A DNA stretch of 64,000 nucleotides from Marsupella aquatica (taxonomy: Eukaryota > Plantae > Marchantiophyta), in contig OZ316896.1 of NCBI GenBank assembly GCA_973895155.1, forward strand, positions 12,566,549-12,630,548. Direction: 5' to 3'. Positions 48,828-61,626 of the stretch are shown piece by piece. Made by a program: the position numbers and the translations under genes. Positions within the stretch are counted from its first letter, which is position 1, and each line of letters starts with the position of its first letter. The notes below the pieces were generated by a model. That model saw only the letters and a program-made list of their open reading frames with translations. It was not told where the DNA came from and made no database searches.

Positions 48828-51200
48828 ATCTAATAATTAAGAAGAGTTAAAATTTTCTACTCCGTTTCACATTCATTGCAAGTTTAAAGAGAAAGCTTCC
48901 TTCACATGCATTATTTGCTGCCCTTCAAACATTTAGTTCCTGAAGATGGGTTGTAAGGTCCCACAGGTGGAACTGTAAGGCATCTTGCTGCTGAGTTGTG
49001 GTCCCATGGCTAAGCCCGGAAAGGAGACTATGTTATGGTCTAAGCTTTAATTTGGAATTTTGATTTCATTCATAGAGTTTATCCAGGTCCCACAATTGAA
49101 ATTTTTTGCCTGAAAGCGAGCCTCAAAGTAGTTGCTACAACAGGTCCTGATTGTGGTGTCTCATTTACAGCAGGTTGGCAGAAGAGGCGAGGATTGACCC
49201 CCACAATCAATACATCCTTGTAAACCCCCCATAAAATATTCAGAAGTTTATGTGTAAGAAAACTGTTTGGTCCAACCTTGTCAAGCCCCCATAAAATATT
49301 CACATTCCTGGCTCTACAAAATATTTGGCCCATGGGAATCCTTCTGGTAAACCTGGTGGCCCATTCAATTATCTCAACTCATTGCCCGTCTATCTGGCTT
49401 GGTTACTAGGAGAATAAAGGATTTGATTACAATTGCTTGTAGTCATTGAATGTTAATTAACCATCAGGATGTTTAACATTTATTCCACAGATTCCCAGAT
49501 TGGCCGTCTGAATTTCTCAGGAAATTGCCTGAGCTATATTCTGACATTGTGTTACTTGCAATTGCAAACACCAGCTACTGCTTTTCTTTTACAGCTTCAT
49601 CATCAGGAACAAAAACACCCAAGGATAGAAAGTCTGTCATGCAGCAAGGTTAGCCGAGAGAAAATTTACCTAATGGAAACCTTTTAAGGTCATGCGTACA
49701 CTTATAATGGTTCTTAGACACTTACTCCATTCCAAGTGCAAGTTTTAATTTCTTGTTACAAATCAGAACCTGAAAGCTAGCCTGAAAGTACCATCGAAAT
49801 TCAGTATCTCTTTCAATATAGAGTGCCCCATGGTCCACTACTCTAATACAGCAGTGTGTTCAAGGGAAAATGGTGGGGGTTAACTTACAAACAAAACCTG
49901 CTAGGGTTAACTCAATCAAAGACTACATGAACACTGATGGGAGTGTCTGATAAGTGGATGGTGTTAACTCTCTCTACAAACATTCGGTAAGGTGTAGGGC
50001 AACCCATGCCCCCCAAGTGCTATGGATTAATAATCAGAAATTTGAGCTAAGTTTTACTCTACTTATGACCTGGGGTTGAAATTGGATAATTCTCCATGCA
50101 GCCAGAATCTCTTAACCCCTAGGCCAGGCTGGCAGGGGTTATGGCTAGTAAATTTGACACAGAACAAAGATTACCGGTGCGTAATGATTTCTGGAGGCCC
50201 TTACTATATGCATAATCTCATCTTAACTTTTTCCCAAATTGTATTATGTACCATGAGGACTGCCTGGGTGGGGGTTCTAGACTGAACTCTGTTTCCAGAT
50301 TGTTGAGAAAAGCTTCTCTTTAGCCAATTAGCGTTTGTTGATTGTCTGGTCACAGGATTATAGCCTAGTAATCTTGTGCCCAGACAATCATAATTAATCT
50401 TACATATATAACCATCTGTCAAAGACAAATAAATCTTGTGCCCAGATCCTATATGTAACCATCTTTCAAATACAGATAAGTCCTTGTGCCCAGACGATCA
50501 TTATCGCACTTATATTATCCCACATATAGTCATCTATCAAATACAAATAAATCTTGTGCCCAAGTTATCATTCTATATTTTATTCTATATTTTATCCTAT
50601 ATACAAGAAAATGATGCGGGGGATAGAACCCTAGGTTTGTCAAAATGCTCCCATGGATTTTTGCAACTCAGATGGACCCCATTATACCTCATGACAAAGA
50701 ATATTCGCAATTAGTCCATCGCAATTGTATGGTTTCCATGGGAGCATCATTATATATAACCACACATCAAATAAAAATAAAGAAGTATATGAGGGGTCTA
50801 CGTACTCCTCTTCTCGTTAGGTTTCGTTTGAGGCTCCCATTCCAAACCACTTTTCCTATCTATCTGGGCAAAGGACCGCAGTAAGCCAATAATCATCCAA
50901 GGCGCAGAAGTGGCAGAACAGCGCATTCTGTGTTCGGTTCCTTCAGTTATGGTGTCTTGACGACACTCTTTCAGCGGTACAAGCATCATCTCGTCCTTTT
51001 GCAGGTGTCGAGGATTCCGTCCTCGCTTCACTGTGCAGCAAGCGCAACACGGAAACCCGAAAGAATCGAGAACTGGTGCTGATCACGCTCCGAATCGCAC
51101 GCACGGATGAATGGTTTTAGATCGAAGCTCGTCGATTTCTCGATTAGGTTAGACTGTCAGGAGTAGAGGATTTGCATCGGACGAGAAACGGATTCTCGCA

Positions 51201-51203
<3 letters not shown>

Positions 51204-51242
<39 letters not shown>
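51204..51242 (+). promoter_or_regulatory. (GA)19 microsatellite in the NFS1 promoter/5' UTR, a potential GAGA (BBR/BPC) element
   Basis: Perfect GA run about 130 bp upstream of the NFS1 ATG. The regulatory role is inferred. Confidence 0.6.
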
Positions 51243-51243
<1 letters not shown>

Positions 51244-51373
51244 AGAGTTCCTACCTTTCTGGAGAGGGAAATCAGAGCTGGAGGTCGATACACTGGCAGG
51301 GTGAAAGATTTCTAAGCAGGTAGATTGAATTGAATTGGAAAAGCGATTGTTCTGAAGGATTGGAAATTTAGGT

Positions 51374-52834
51374 ATGGCCGCTCGAGGGCGTGCCGCAGGG
51401 CAGGTGTTAGGCAGGGCGCTGGGATTGGGATGGCAGGCGAATTGCTTGCGGGTGGCAGCAGGAGGTGCACTCCCGTCGTCTGCCGTGAGCGGGGCGTCGA
51501 TTTTACTTCCAGCGAAGTCGCTCTCGTGGAATTTCCCTCGATGTCAATCGTCGGCGTCAGCTGCGGCCGTGGTCGAAGAGGACGATAGCACGCCAGACGT
51601 GATGATGAAGGGTGTGAAAATGCAGGGCCGGCCTCTCTATCTCGATATGCAGGCGACCTCACCCGTTGATCCGCGAGTGCTGGATGCCATGTTGCCCTAT
51701 TTCATCGACCAGTATGGAAATCCCCACTCGCGGACGCACGTCTATGGCTGGGAGAGTGAAGAAGGCGTGGAAAAAGCTCGCGCGCAGATTGCCAAGCTCA
51801 TCGGAGCCGACGCTAAGGAAATCATCTTCACGTCAGGCGCGACCGAGTCGAACAACATTGCGGTGAAAGGAGTGATGCATTTCTACAAGGAGAAAAAGAA
51901 GCACGTGATCACGACGCAGACAGAGCACAAGTGTGTGCTCGACTCCTGCCGACAGTTGCAGCAGGAAGGATTTGACGTCACCTATCTCCCCGTGAAACAG
52001 GACGGGCTCATCGACCTGGAGGAATTCAAGGCGGCCATCCGCCCCGACACCGGCCTCGTCTCGGTCATGATGGTGAACAACGAGATTGGAGTGATTCAAC
52101 CTATCGCAGAAATTGGAGAGATTTGCCGCAAGAAGAAGATTTTCTTGCACACCGATGCCGCACAGGCGCTCGGTAAGATTCCTGTAAATGTAGATGAGAT
52201 GAAAATTGACCTCATGTCGTTGAGTGGGCATAAAATCTACGGGCCGAAGGGCATTGGCGCCATCTACTTGCGACGAAGGCCTCGAGTCAGAGTCGTGCCA
52301 CAAATGAGTGGTGGGGGCCAAGAGAGGGGCATCAGAAGTGGAACCGTGCCGACTCCTCTGGCAGTAGGGTTCGGCGCCGCTTGCGAAGTGGCCATGCAGG
52401 AGATGAAGAATGATACAAGACATGTGGAGGAGTTGGCGCAGCGGTTCTTGAATGGAATTTCGGCCAAAGTAAAGGGGCTTGTGATCAATGGGAGCATGGA
52501 GCATCGGTATGCAGGGAATCTGAATATCTCCTTCGCGTACGTGGAAGGCGAGAGCCTTCTCATGGGGTTGAAGGAGGTTGCCGTGTCCAGTGGCAGTGCT
52601 TGTACGAGCGCCAGTCTCGAACCGTCTTACGTCTTGAGAGCCTTAGGGGTTGAGGATGATATGGCCCATACATCGATAAGGTTCGGATTTGGGAGATTCA
52701 CCACGAAGGAGGAGGTTGATAGGGCAATCGAGCTGACTGTGGATCGGGTCCTTAAGCTGAGGACAATGAGTCCCCTCTGGGAGATGGTGCAAGAGGGCAT
52801 TGACCTGAAGAGCATTCAATGGTCGCAGCACTGA
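51374..52834 (+). CDS. NFS1: Mitochondrial cysteine desulfurase (IscS/Nfs1 class), intronless, 486 aa
   Basis: Motifs [36 protein letters not shown]-lysine motif [22 protein letters not shown], catalytic SSGSACTS and C-terminal SPLWEM...IQWSQH. The Arg/Ala/Ser-rich, acid-poor N-terminus fits a mitochondrial presequence. Confidence 0.98.
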   Translation: MAARGRAAGQVLGRALGLGWQANCLRVAAGGALPSSAVSGASILLPAKSLSWNFPRCQSSASAAAVVEEDDSTPDVMMKGVKMQGRPLYLDMQATSPVDPRVLDAMLPYFIDQYGNPHSRTHVYGWESEEGVEKARAQIAKLIGADAKEIIFTSGATESNNIAVKGVMHFYKEKKKHVITTQTEHKCVLDSCRQLQQEGFDVTYLPVKQDGLIDLEEFKAAIRPDTGLVSVMMVNNEIGVIQPIAEIGEICRKKKIFLHTDAAQALGKIPVNVDEMKIDLMSLSGHKIYGPKGIGAIYLRRRPRVRVVPQMSGGGQERGIRSGTVPTPLAVGFGAACEVAMQEMKNDTRHVEELAQRFLNGISAKVKGLVINGSMEHRYAGNLNISFAYVEGESLLMGLKEVAVSSGSACTSASLEPSYVLRALGVEDDMAHTSIRFGFGRFTTKEEVDRAIELTVDRVLKLRTMSPLWEMVQEGIDLKSIQWSQH

Positions 52835-54559
52835 ATGAGGTAGTGTAGTGGTGGGTGGCAAGGCATAACGTCATTTTGGCAATGCGTAATATTATTTTGA
52901 TGACACTGTCTGTCTCTTCCGATTGTAATATAGCTTTGCGTCTACGGACTCGTTTTCTCGACCGGGATACGAATGTAATTTTTATTAAGGATTAGCACCT
53001 AGATGCGCCTCTTGAGTTGGATCGCAGTAGTGAACAAAAATAAATTTTAAAAAAGCAGTTGGCGGTGAGAAGAAGGGATATGCTAAAATTTCCGGCGGTA
53101 GCATTTCGTTCAGTGCTGGCTGGATCTTCTGTAAAATAAGGCACCATGTGCACCGAATCTCTTATGCCCCCCTCCAGTCGTGAAGTGATTGGGAAGATTT
53201 TGAAAAGGAAATCTGAGGAATACTACGGGCTACCCGAGGTATGGACTGCCGTGCCGTGCGCGTATCCTGAATAGCTTCTGCTTAGCCCTTCTACGCAATT
53301 AATAAAGCAAAGTGTTATGGGTAAGTTTATCTGCAGCCAATCTTAACAGTATGAGTTCTATGGATCAGGGTGTGCACTAGGTTGCGCATTTGATTATGAG
53401 TTTGATGGAGCCGGAAGGTTCATCGTTTTGGGTGTTGATTAACCTTAATGGATGGATGAATGCGGAATGTCAATCACTTTTAGCATTTGACGATTACGTG
53501 GATGGATTTAGGATGTATGCTATCTTGTGTAATCGGCAGCATATTGTCGCTGTGGGTGAGGTCCTAGTATTAGATCTCCTCAGGTTACATGGGCCGCCTA
53601 TTTTGTCTCGGTCTGTCTTTAACGTTGGACTTTGGTTGAAGGGAATGAAAAACAAAAACTATTCTGCAGAGTGTAGTAAAGTGTGGATGATTACTATGCT
53701 TCCTCGCCTTGAAGTTCTTCGCGCAAGACCTGTCCACACTGGAAGCAGGCAAAGATGGTAGGTCACGGAGATACATGTACTTCACATGTAATTTACTCTT
53801 TCGTGAGGTATTTGTAACCAGTTTTGTCAAGGTATGAATCGTAAGGCGTTCATCCATACAGTTCATTTGTTGCCATCTACTCTAAATTTACCGAAACAAT
53901 ACTCGTCTTCTCGTTTTACCGAAACACCAGGTAACGAAGGCCAATGGCATCACGTTAGGTCTTACAGCTTCGGTATGAATTACTGTGCATACTTTTTAGG
54001 TTGATCACTCCCTGGTTGAAACCTTCTGTGTACACTTCTCTCCATGCCATCGGCGACGCCATAGTTCCCAAAGTTTATAAGTGCAACTGTCAAACTATCA
54101 TGATCAGATGTGATTCCCGCGGTTCCGATGGTGTCGAGAACAAAGTAGTGACCATGAAATTGTGAATGCCCAACTGTACGTCCAGCCCATCTGGACTACT
54201 GTACAGTATGATCAGTAGCTTCGAATCGGCATTGTGCAAAACGAGGTCGCCTACATTATCGAATCAATGTTTACACTCTTCAAAGAATTTCTTTGAGAGT
54301 TCGGTAATGGCTTGCAGCATCAATTCCAGGTTACAATGAAAACTTTGATGATGCCTCGACGAGGTCTGGCTCTGAGTAATCCTACTTAACGACTTTCGAG
54401 TGCATGGCTTTGGTTGGTGTTGAGGAACCCAAAAGGTTTCGACTTTATGCAACTGTGATTCCTTGATGTTGTTGGTGCAGAATAGTGTGGACCGCCCGGA
54501 ACAATACTAGTTTCTTTGCTTCATAGAGCTATAACGCAACAATATACGCACAATATACG

Positions 54560-55026
54560 CCTGCTTTCTGTTTGGTTTCTTACTTTCCTATCTCTAGCCA
54601 GATTCCAACTACATTTGTGACTTCTTCACATTCCATACTTCCCGATCTCTAACAGACGCCATCATTAGAAGTCGTGACTCCCTGTTCACATCTTATACCT
54701 ACTAGTCTCTAGCGAATGCTATCGACAGAAGTTATGACTCAATGAGGGTCCCAACTCTGGCTAATTATGACAGAGAAATGAAACAATCAATTTAACCTGC
54801 TTTCCTGTTTCGTTTCTTACTATTGAATCTCCTGCAGATTCCATCGACATTTGTGACCTCTTCACATTCCATACTTCCCGATATCTAATTATTGATGCCA
54901 ATAGCAGAAGTCGTGACTCCCTGTTCGCATCTTACACCTGCTGGTCTCTGGCGGCTGCCATTGACAGAATTTGCGACTCCCATCCATGAGGGTCCCAACT
55001 TTGGCTGATGATGACAGAAAGGAAAC
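54560..55026. repeat. Tandem duplication, 2 x about 235 bp
   Basis: ctgcttt...acatttgtgac(t/c)tcttcacattccatacttcccgat...gaagtcgtgactccctgttc...atgagggtcccaact occurs at about 54560 and about 54796. Confidence 0.9.
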
Positions 55027-58000
55027 TCACCATGATGATCACAACTTCGGGTGACTCCTGTAATGACACAGAAAACTAGCCGTTGCGAGAGTTGCAGATG
55101 CCTTAATAATTAGAAGCTTCCACTGGGGGCTAGAGGCCTGTACCATGAGAGCCCAAAACAACTGTGGCTGATTGCAAGCCCCAATCCTTTGGGGCTGCCA
55201 ACATATGTACAGGTCGCCTGCATTTGTGCCTTGAGCATGACAATGGCAGAACGAGCATGGAAGGACAATGAAAGGAACCATTGCTCACATCCAGGTCTTG
55301 CCGTTTGACGATAAGAGCTGCTCCTGATCTGTTCTTGCAGACAGGAAAACAAGCTGTTTTTAGCCCCCAAAATTGCCTAATTTTGGCAGTCAGGAAAACT
55401 GTTTGCTGCTCCACCTGCAAAAGTTTTTGTGATCCCATGTGCGAGTTTAGGGTTTAGGGTGTGCGTCCTTGCCCTGACTGGCAAAATACTGTCCTTTCCA
55501 GGGTGGTGTGCTCTCACCAAATGATATTGATGATCACAGCCAATCTTGAAGAAGAAAAGTTTTCTATTCATCTTGCCTCAAAAAGAAAATGCGAGGCCAA
55601 ACGTAAACCCAAAACCCAAGGCCAAAGGAACTCTACTGAGCACCATGTCTTAGGCAGGATATGCATGCGATTTTGCCTATTAGTGAAGGTGAGTATGGGT
55701 GGGGAGCAAGGCCCACCTCTACACTACCATCCTTGAACCAATATAATCCTGTCCATACTCCCCAATGTCGTGTCTCAAAGTTCCAGATTCGTATTACTTA
55801 ACTCTGAAGGTAAGGCTATGGACAAACGGATTTATGGAATCCCAGATTGCTGATTGTTAACTTTTAGCTGTAAAAAGTGACTTGGCCATGACCCTAACTA
55901 TTGTGGCAAACTTAAGAGCAAAATTGAAACATCTTCACTTAAGCTTGTGAAAAAAGTCATGACCAAACATTTTGGGCAACAACAACTCCCCTTGAGTGCG
56001 AGGCTTTGAGAACCCCTAATCTACTCTAAAACATTGCGATCCTTTCAAAGCGTAGACTTCTTTCTTTGGTTGATCACCCTCTAAAGTTTGTGCTTAAATG
56101 GACAACCACATTTGATCCACTGACTCTCATGGACAAACACTTTTGAACACCAGTAATACTTCATTTGGTGCACTGTGGCGTTTGCTCGTTAAAAAATAAA
56201 TCAAAAAAATTACATTTTAATCATGAAACACTTCAACCACACACCCCCTTTGGATTGATGGTTCCTACAAATATGACAAAGATATTGTTTTCTTTTGCAT
56301 GTCTTGCAGGGAAACTTTTGCCCATTCAACTTGGATGGACACAGCAGCTTTTGCAATCAAAAGTGTAGCAATTTATACAATGAAAAAAATACTATCTTGA
56401 GTCCAAAGCAACACAGGGATCACCAAAACCTTACCATTCTTAAAAGTTGCTGGCTCCTGGATTGATTGGCTATGTTTTCCAGACTTCTGAATTGACAACG
56501 CAACAATGTTGATGGCCCAATTCAATTTGCATGAAAAAACTCAATTCACAGCCTTCAATTGTTTGCGGTGTTCTTCAATTTGCACCTGTCCATGGATTCG
56601 TGTGTCCGTCAAGGTGAGAGATTGCTTGACTATTGGAACCCATGCAGTGATGGTGGTGTTTGCAGGGCGACCACCATGAGTGGGGAGCAGGTCATGGGAA
56701 ATACATAAAAAAAAGACAGTGTCCAACATGTGTATAGTCTGCCATTTTTATTTTTTCAAGGTTGAAGGTTCGGGACCTCAATGGCCGTAAAATTTCCAGC
56801 CCTTGCCCTTGCATATCCACCAAAGACGCCATCAGGACTGCCTACCTGTCACTTCATTTAGAAATATCATGGGTTCATTTGAGGGCCGGAAAATAAAGGA
56901 CTTTGCACATGAAAGACGACCCTTAGTTATAGGTTTCTATTGGAATCCTTAATTCAAAAATGAAGAGCCAACCTAATAGAACCACAGGAGAGACAAAAAA
57001 AAATGCTAATAAAGAAAGGACAATACAAAACAAAACAACTACCGTAGGCAAGAGACAGGGCCCCCAGATCCCATCTCAACCCAAATTTGGAAAATCAAAA
57101 AGTGCAATAAACGGACAAAATTGAGTTGAAAAGTAGCTATCCGTTCGATTTTAAACGGGAGAAAATTTGGGAAGGTACTTTACAGCGAAGTCGAAGAACT
57201 AGCCAAAGAATTTATGTGGGTCCATTGGAGGAGGGATTCCATCTGGTCCCCTTATCTAAAGAAATGGACGAAGGGTGCTTTCTGATGGGAAGATGGGAAC
57301 AGTCGAGAATAAAATAGTTATTTTGAGAATTACATTTCACGCAAAAACAAAATTTTCAGTCTTTCCTTTCGTTTCAGGTTGACGGATTTGTATTGGATAT
57401 TACAAAAGAAATGTACAGTATATATCTGGCAAAGGACTTTCCAACCTAACGGATGCAGCCATAGTCTGGTCCCATAGTTACCTGAGTACAAATGATCAAA
57501 ACAGTTTTGCTTCTCAATAAACTACTGCAGTGGTAACTTGCTTCGCTGTTTACTTGCTTCCAATTTAGCGGGTGAAAATTGTCAGAACCTAAAAGTTTTT
57601 AGTCTAATTTTTCTAGTACTTTGTGTACACACTGCCGAAACATGTGTTTGCAGTCAATTTCAAAACACTCTTTTGGGGACATTTTGTCTCATACAAACAT
57701 TTTCAGGCTGTTGTTTGGACTTTAATTTGCTCTCAAGGTATTTGTTTGATGGGACCCCAAAATGAAAATTGTTTCTCAACAGGACCCTGAGTCATCCAGA
57801 CCATTGATTACCTTGAATCAATGTGCCCAAAACCTCAGCAGGGGTCCTATCAAGTAATGTTTTTCAACATGGTGTCCCAACAAAGCAAATACCTCTTTGC
57901 TTTCCATTTCCAGAAACTGCCTGCATATTTTCCAACCAACCAATTTGGGGAGATTGGATTTTTTTACTATTTAGTATTTGCACAAACCAGATTACAACTG

Positions 58001-60989
58001 TAGTAAGCATAGACAAAAATTAGTGGCTATAAAGTAAGTTGTCCCCGGGGTTGTCCCTAAACCTTGGGTCAAGTCTGGTCCAGATTCAAGAACTATGAAC
58101 TCAGGCCAATTGTAAGAGAAGGCTAAGAGCATTTCACTATTGGTCTATGTATGACTCAGTAACTGGGGTAGTGACAATTGAGTGGGGGGTGTGTATCCTT
58201 TGAGACCACCCTCATGCAAACTCCACCCGCTCCGCCATCCACTTAGTCTGCTGCCAATTTCATATGCAGCATGTGTGTACACAACCATAAGACAAACAAC
58301 TCAGATGGATGATTGTACCTTGGATGGACAATTTTCAACTTTTGCTTTGACTATGGATATCATTTTTCCGTTGTGTAATTGGTCACACTATTGGGCCTCA
58401 AAAGTTACTAGGAGCCCCTATGGTATGGTCCATCGAAGCATCAACTTCAGACAAAGGTCCCTAAGAGAAACAAGATCAGGACCTAAGCTATGTTTAGCCG
58501 TCTGAAAATGCATTTCTGGAGGTTGGTTGCCGACAGTGTACCACCATCTTTACAAAATTGGCAATGGTAGTGATCTTCAGCACATTTGAACAGCTACTCT
58601 CAAGCCAATTTCAGGTCTCCAAAAAGTGGCCTCCAACTCCTCCGCAATTGAACCAACCAACTTTGGAGATTTTGCAGCAGAGCACTTTATATAGGCATTA
58701 TGCAAATTGGCAGGTGTCGGCAACACAGAGCTTGAAGTGAGGTGATGAGGGCTCAAGGCCCAATTCAAAGAGAGACAGAGCTTTGGATGTAATGTGATGG
58801 AGAGATGCGTAATGAGAGAAGCTCAATTGCTATGGCCTGGATGGACCAGTAAGGAATGGCAGGGTGTGAGAAACAATTTTGGAGGGGTGGTGCTGGGGAA
58901 CTCTATGACACTTTTCCTTGCCCATGTTTTGCTTCTCACAATCAAGCAACCTTCCTCTTTCGCTAGATGGTGGGTCCAGCCGCCAAACTGCCCAAGATGC
59001 CTTGAACGAGGGAGGAAGGAAAAGCCAAGCCTCACATGTCATATGGAAAGACATAACAAGGAGGGAGAGCACTCGAGAGGACGTAGTTGCAAGCAACCTC
59101 AATGTGAACAGGAAAGTGGGCCCTCTTTAAGAAAAAACATGAAATCTAATTAACCATTGTTTCTCTTTCCTGTGCCCCAGACTAGTCACTATTAGTACCT
59201 GCCAGCAAAATTATTGTAAATTACCAGATTGCCCTCCATTTTGTATGTGGGTTGTTTTAACCAAACTAGACTAACCTGAAATGAGATGTGATTGATGTGG
59301 GGGCCTGTGCGGGCTTATAATTTGTCCAAGCTAACCCCCTCTGACAATACAAGTGAGGACAATGAGCGGACCAAAACCCTTGTAAACAGTAGTCAACATG
59401 TACTTCCGACGAGTGTCAGATGGGAAAACCTTGTCCAGGCTGAAGGTATAGTTGTGTGAGTGGGGGGTTAGCACAGGAGAATCAAGACAATTAAATTAAT
59501 TTTTGGGGCAGGTTCCAACATTTGTGTTTATCAGGGCTTTTCCTTCCTCTTAGGCAGTCTCCCCTAAAACCTTTCTCTAGAAGAAAACTCATTCAAGCCC
59601 CGAAACAACATCTACCTATGCCTTTATCCTTTATAGCGAAAGGATCTATCTCACCACCCGACAAGTTAATATAATGATGTAGTAGAAAGGGCCTAATGAA
59701 GACTGAGGAAGTACTGGTGAAGCAACTTCAATACTGCCCGCAATGCTGTAGGGACCATCAGGTTTTTTCACAATAAATAAATCATTATTGAAATTTTCAG
59801 GTGGACAAAATTGTAGAATGTGTTTGTGAAACCTGGAAAATAGCTTTCAATGTCTTGCGTTTTAAATTAAAGCATTTTTTGCTTTCCTGACCTCCAAAAC
59901 CAATCAAATTACTACCCTACCCAAGCCTACCCCAAAGCTCCCCCCCACCTCTTCGATACAAGCCTAAGCCCCCATGTATGTGGGTCAACCAGACTAGTGT
60001 TGCCCGAGATGGCATGGAATTGGTCTGGGGACAAGTGGAGGCTCATAATTGGTCCAAGGTAATCCCCTCTGACATAAAAATTGGTAGGAGTGAGGGGGAC
60101 CCAAATTTGCTAGTTTTTCTCATTCACGCTGGTCTACACCCGCATTGCAGTCAGTGTTGGATGGGGGAACCTGGTGCATGTTGAACACAAGGTTGGAGGG
60201 GGTTATCCCCTATGTGCCTACAAACCATCCCTGGTTATTGTAATCAAATTGGTAGCTAAATTGGTTCTGGTGATAGCTGAGTAATTTTGACCAGTTTGGA
60301 GGCCAGGATAGGATATAAAAATATGGTTGTTTTAAAGAGTCTAGATAAATTATTTATGACAAACTGAATCATCTCTATGGTAGACTCTACCATATGTAAG
60401 TGGAGGCTGCTGGGAAGATGCCCCTAGCCTGCACTTATCCACCTTATGGCCTATGTTAAAAGTGCACAGGATATCCACATGTGCATGGCTGCACTACCCA
60501 ATGCGCGCATGGTGTTTTGAGCACAGCACTAGGCACCAATTGTTTCACTAGGCACCAATTGTTGTTTCCGTGTACACAGTTTGTAGTAAGTCTTTGCAGG
60601 GCACAGTTTTGTTTTTTCTTGGTTTTTTTTAGGAGTTGTGATGTCAAAGGAAGCAAACTGTGCAGTCTTTGCTTTGAGATTTGTGCTTGTTAAGCCATGG
60701 AGTCTACCTGAGCCGTTTCAGGCACCTTCTTCACTACTATATAGCATGCTCATCCTGGAACATGTTTTAATTTTTGTCTTGTAGTGATCTGAAAGTAAAT
60801 AAAATATGAGAGCATAGAAGTGCTGTTATATAAGTAAAGTGTCTGCCAAGAAAAACACAATGACCAAGAAAAGGTACAGTCAAACGATGCTACTATGTGT
60901 GCACTTAACTCAGGGTGCCTTATGAATGACACTCCTTTCAATAAAAACCATAAACCTAGGAAAGAAAAACAGGAGGAGAACTTAAGAGG

Positions 60990-61335
60990 CTATGCGCCCC
61001 AAACGGTCACCCTATGAACGAGTTACATCGGATTTAGGTTTTGCCGTTTTTTCACTTTTTCTGCGCGTTTGACCATTTTGGCGATTTCGCGACTCCATTT
61101 GGGTCATAACTTTCTCCAGGAGTTTCGGATCTGGGTGTTCTTGACGGCTTTGGAAAGATCTTGGCGAGGCAGTGAAGATCGATATGAATTGCGCCCCAAA
61201 CGGTCACCAATTGAGCGAGTTTCATCAGATTTAGGTTTCGCCGTTTTTTCACATTGGCTGCGCGTTTGGCGATCTTGGCGTTTCCACGACTCGATTTGGG
61301 GCAACGTATGAGCGAGTCACATCGGCTTTAGGCCA
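60990..61335. repeat. About 197-bp degenerate tandem repeat directly 5' of the retrotransposon ORF
   Basis: tgcgccccaaacggtcacc...cgagtt..atc.gatttaggttt.gccgttttttcac occurs at 60993 and 61190, with a partial third copy near 61307. Confidence 0.8.
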
Positions 61336-61626
61336 TCGCTTCTCCTCCAATTGGTTGTTGCCTTCGGGAGCTGTTGCCGCACGCTCAATCTAGAGGGCGG
61401 ATCTTCACTCGCGTCGACTCCCCAACGGACAGATCGACGGGCGTTTCAGCTTTGTTCCTTACTGCTCCTGCACCTGCTCAACGGTTTCCTAGGCTAGCGG
61501 TGGCGCCGTTTCTCGACCTGATGCGGTGGGCTCTCTCCATCGCCTCCCCTTTCTTTTCACATGCCTCGGTTGGGCCTTTTGTCACTTCTTGATGCGTTTT
61601 TGCTTTTATCGGGTTGCGGCCTGTCA

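Noticed and set aside
51833-52504. 223-aa antisense ORF inside NFS1 (and similar shadow ORFs in the ABCG, F-box and RT regions)
   Set aside because: These are expected shadows of GC-rich coding sequence and have no domain signal.
2356-52834. PLP-producing PDX3 and PLP-dependent NFS1 in one window as a metabolic gene cluster
   Set aside because: They are about 45 kb apart with unrelated genes and TEs between them. Both are housekeeping genes and nothing in the sequence suggests co-regulation.
55050-60900. Short ORFs suggesting a decayed transposase or gene
   Set aside because: I could not recognise a diagnostic motif. This is probably TE debris, and BLASTX against a TE protein library would be needed to call it.
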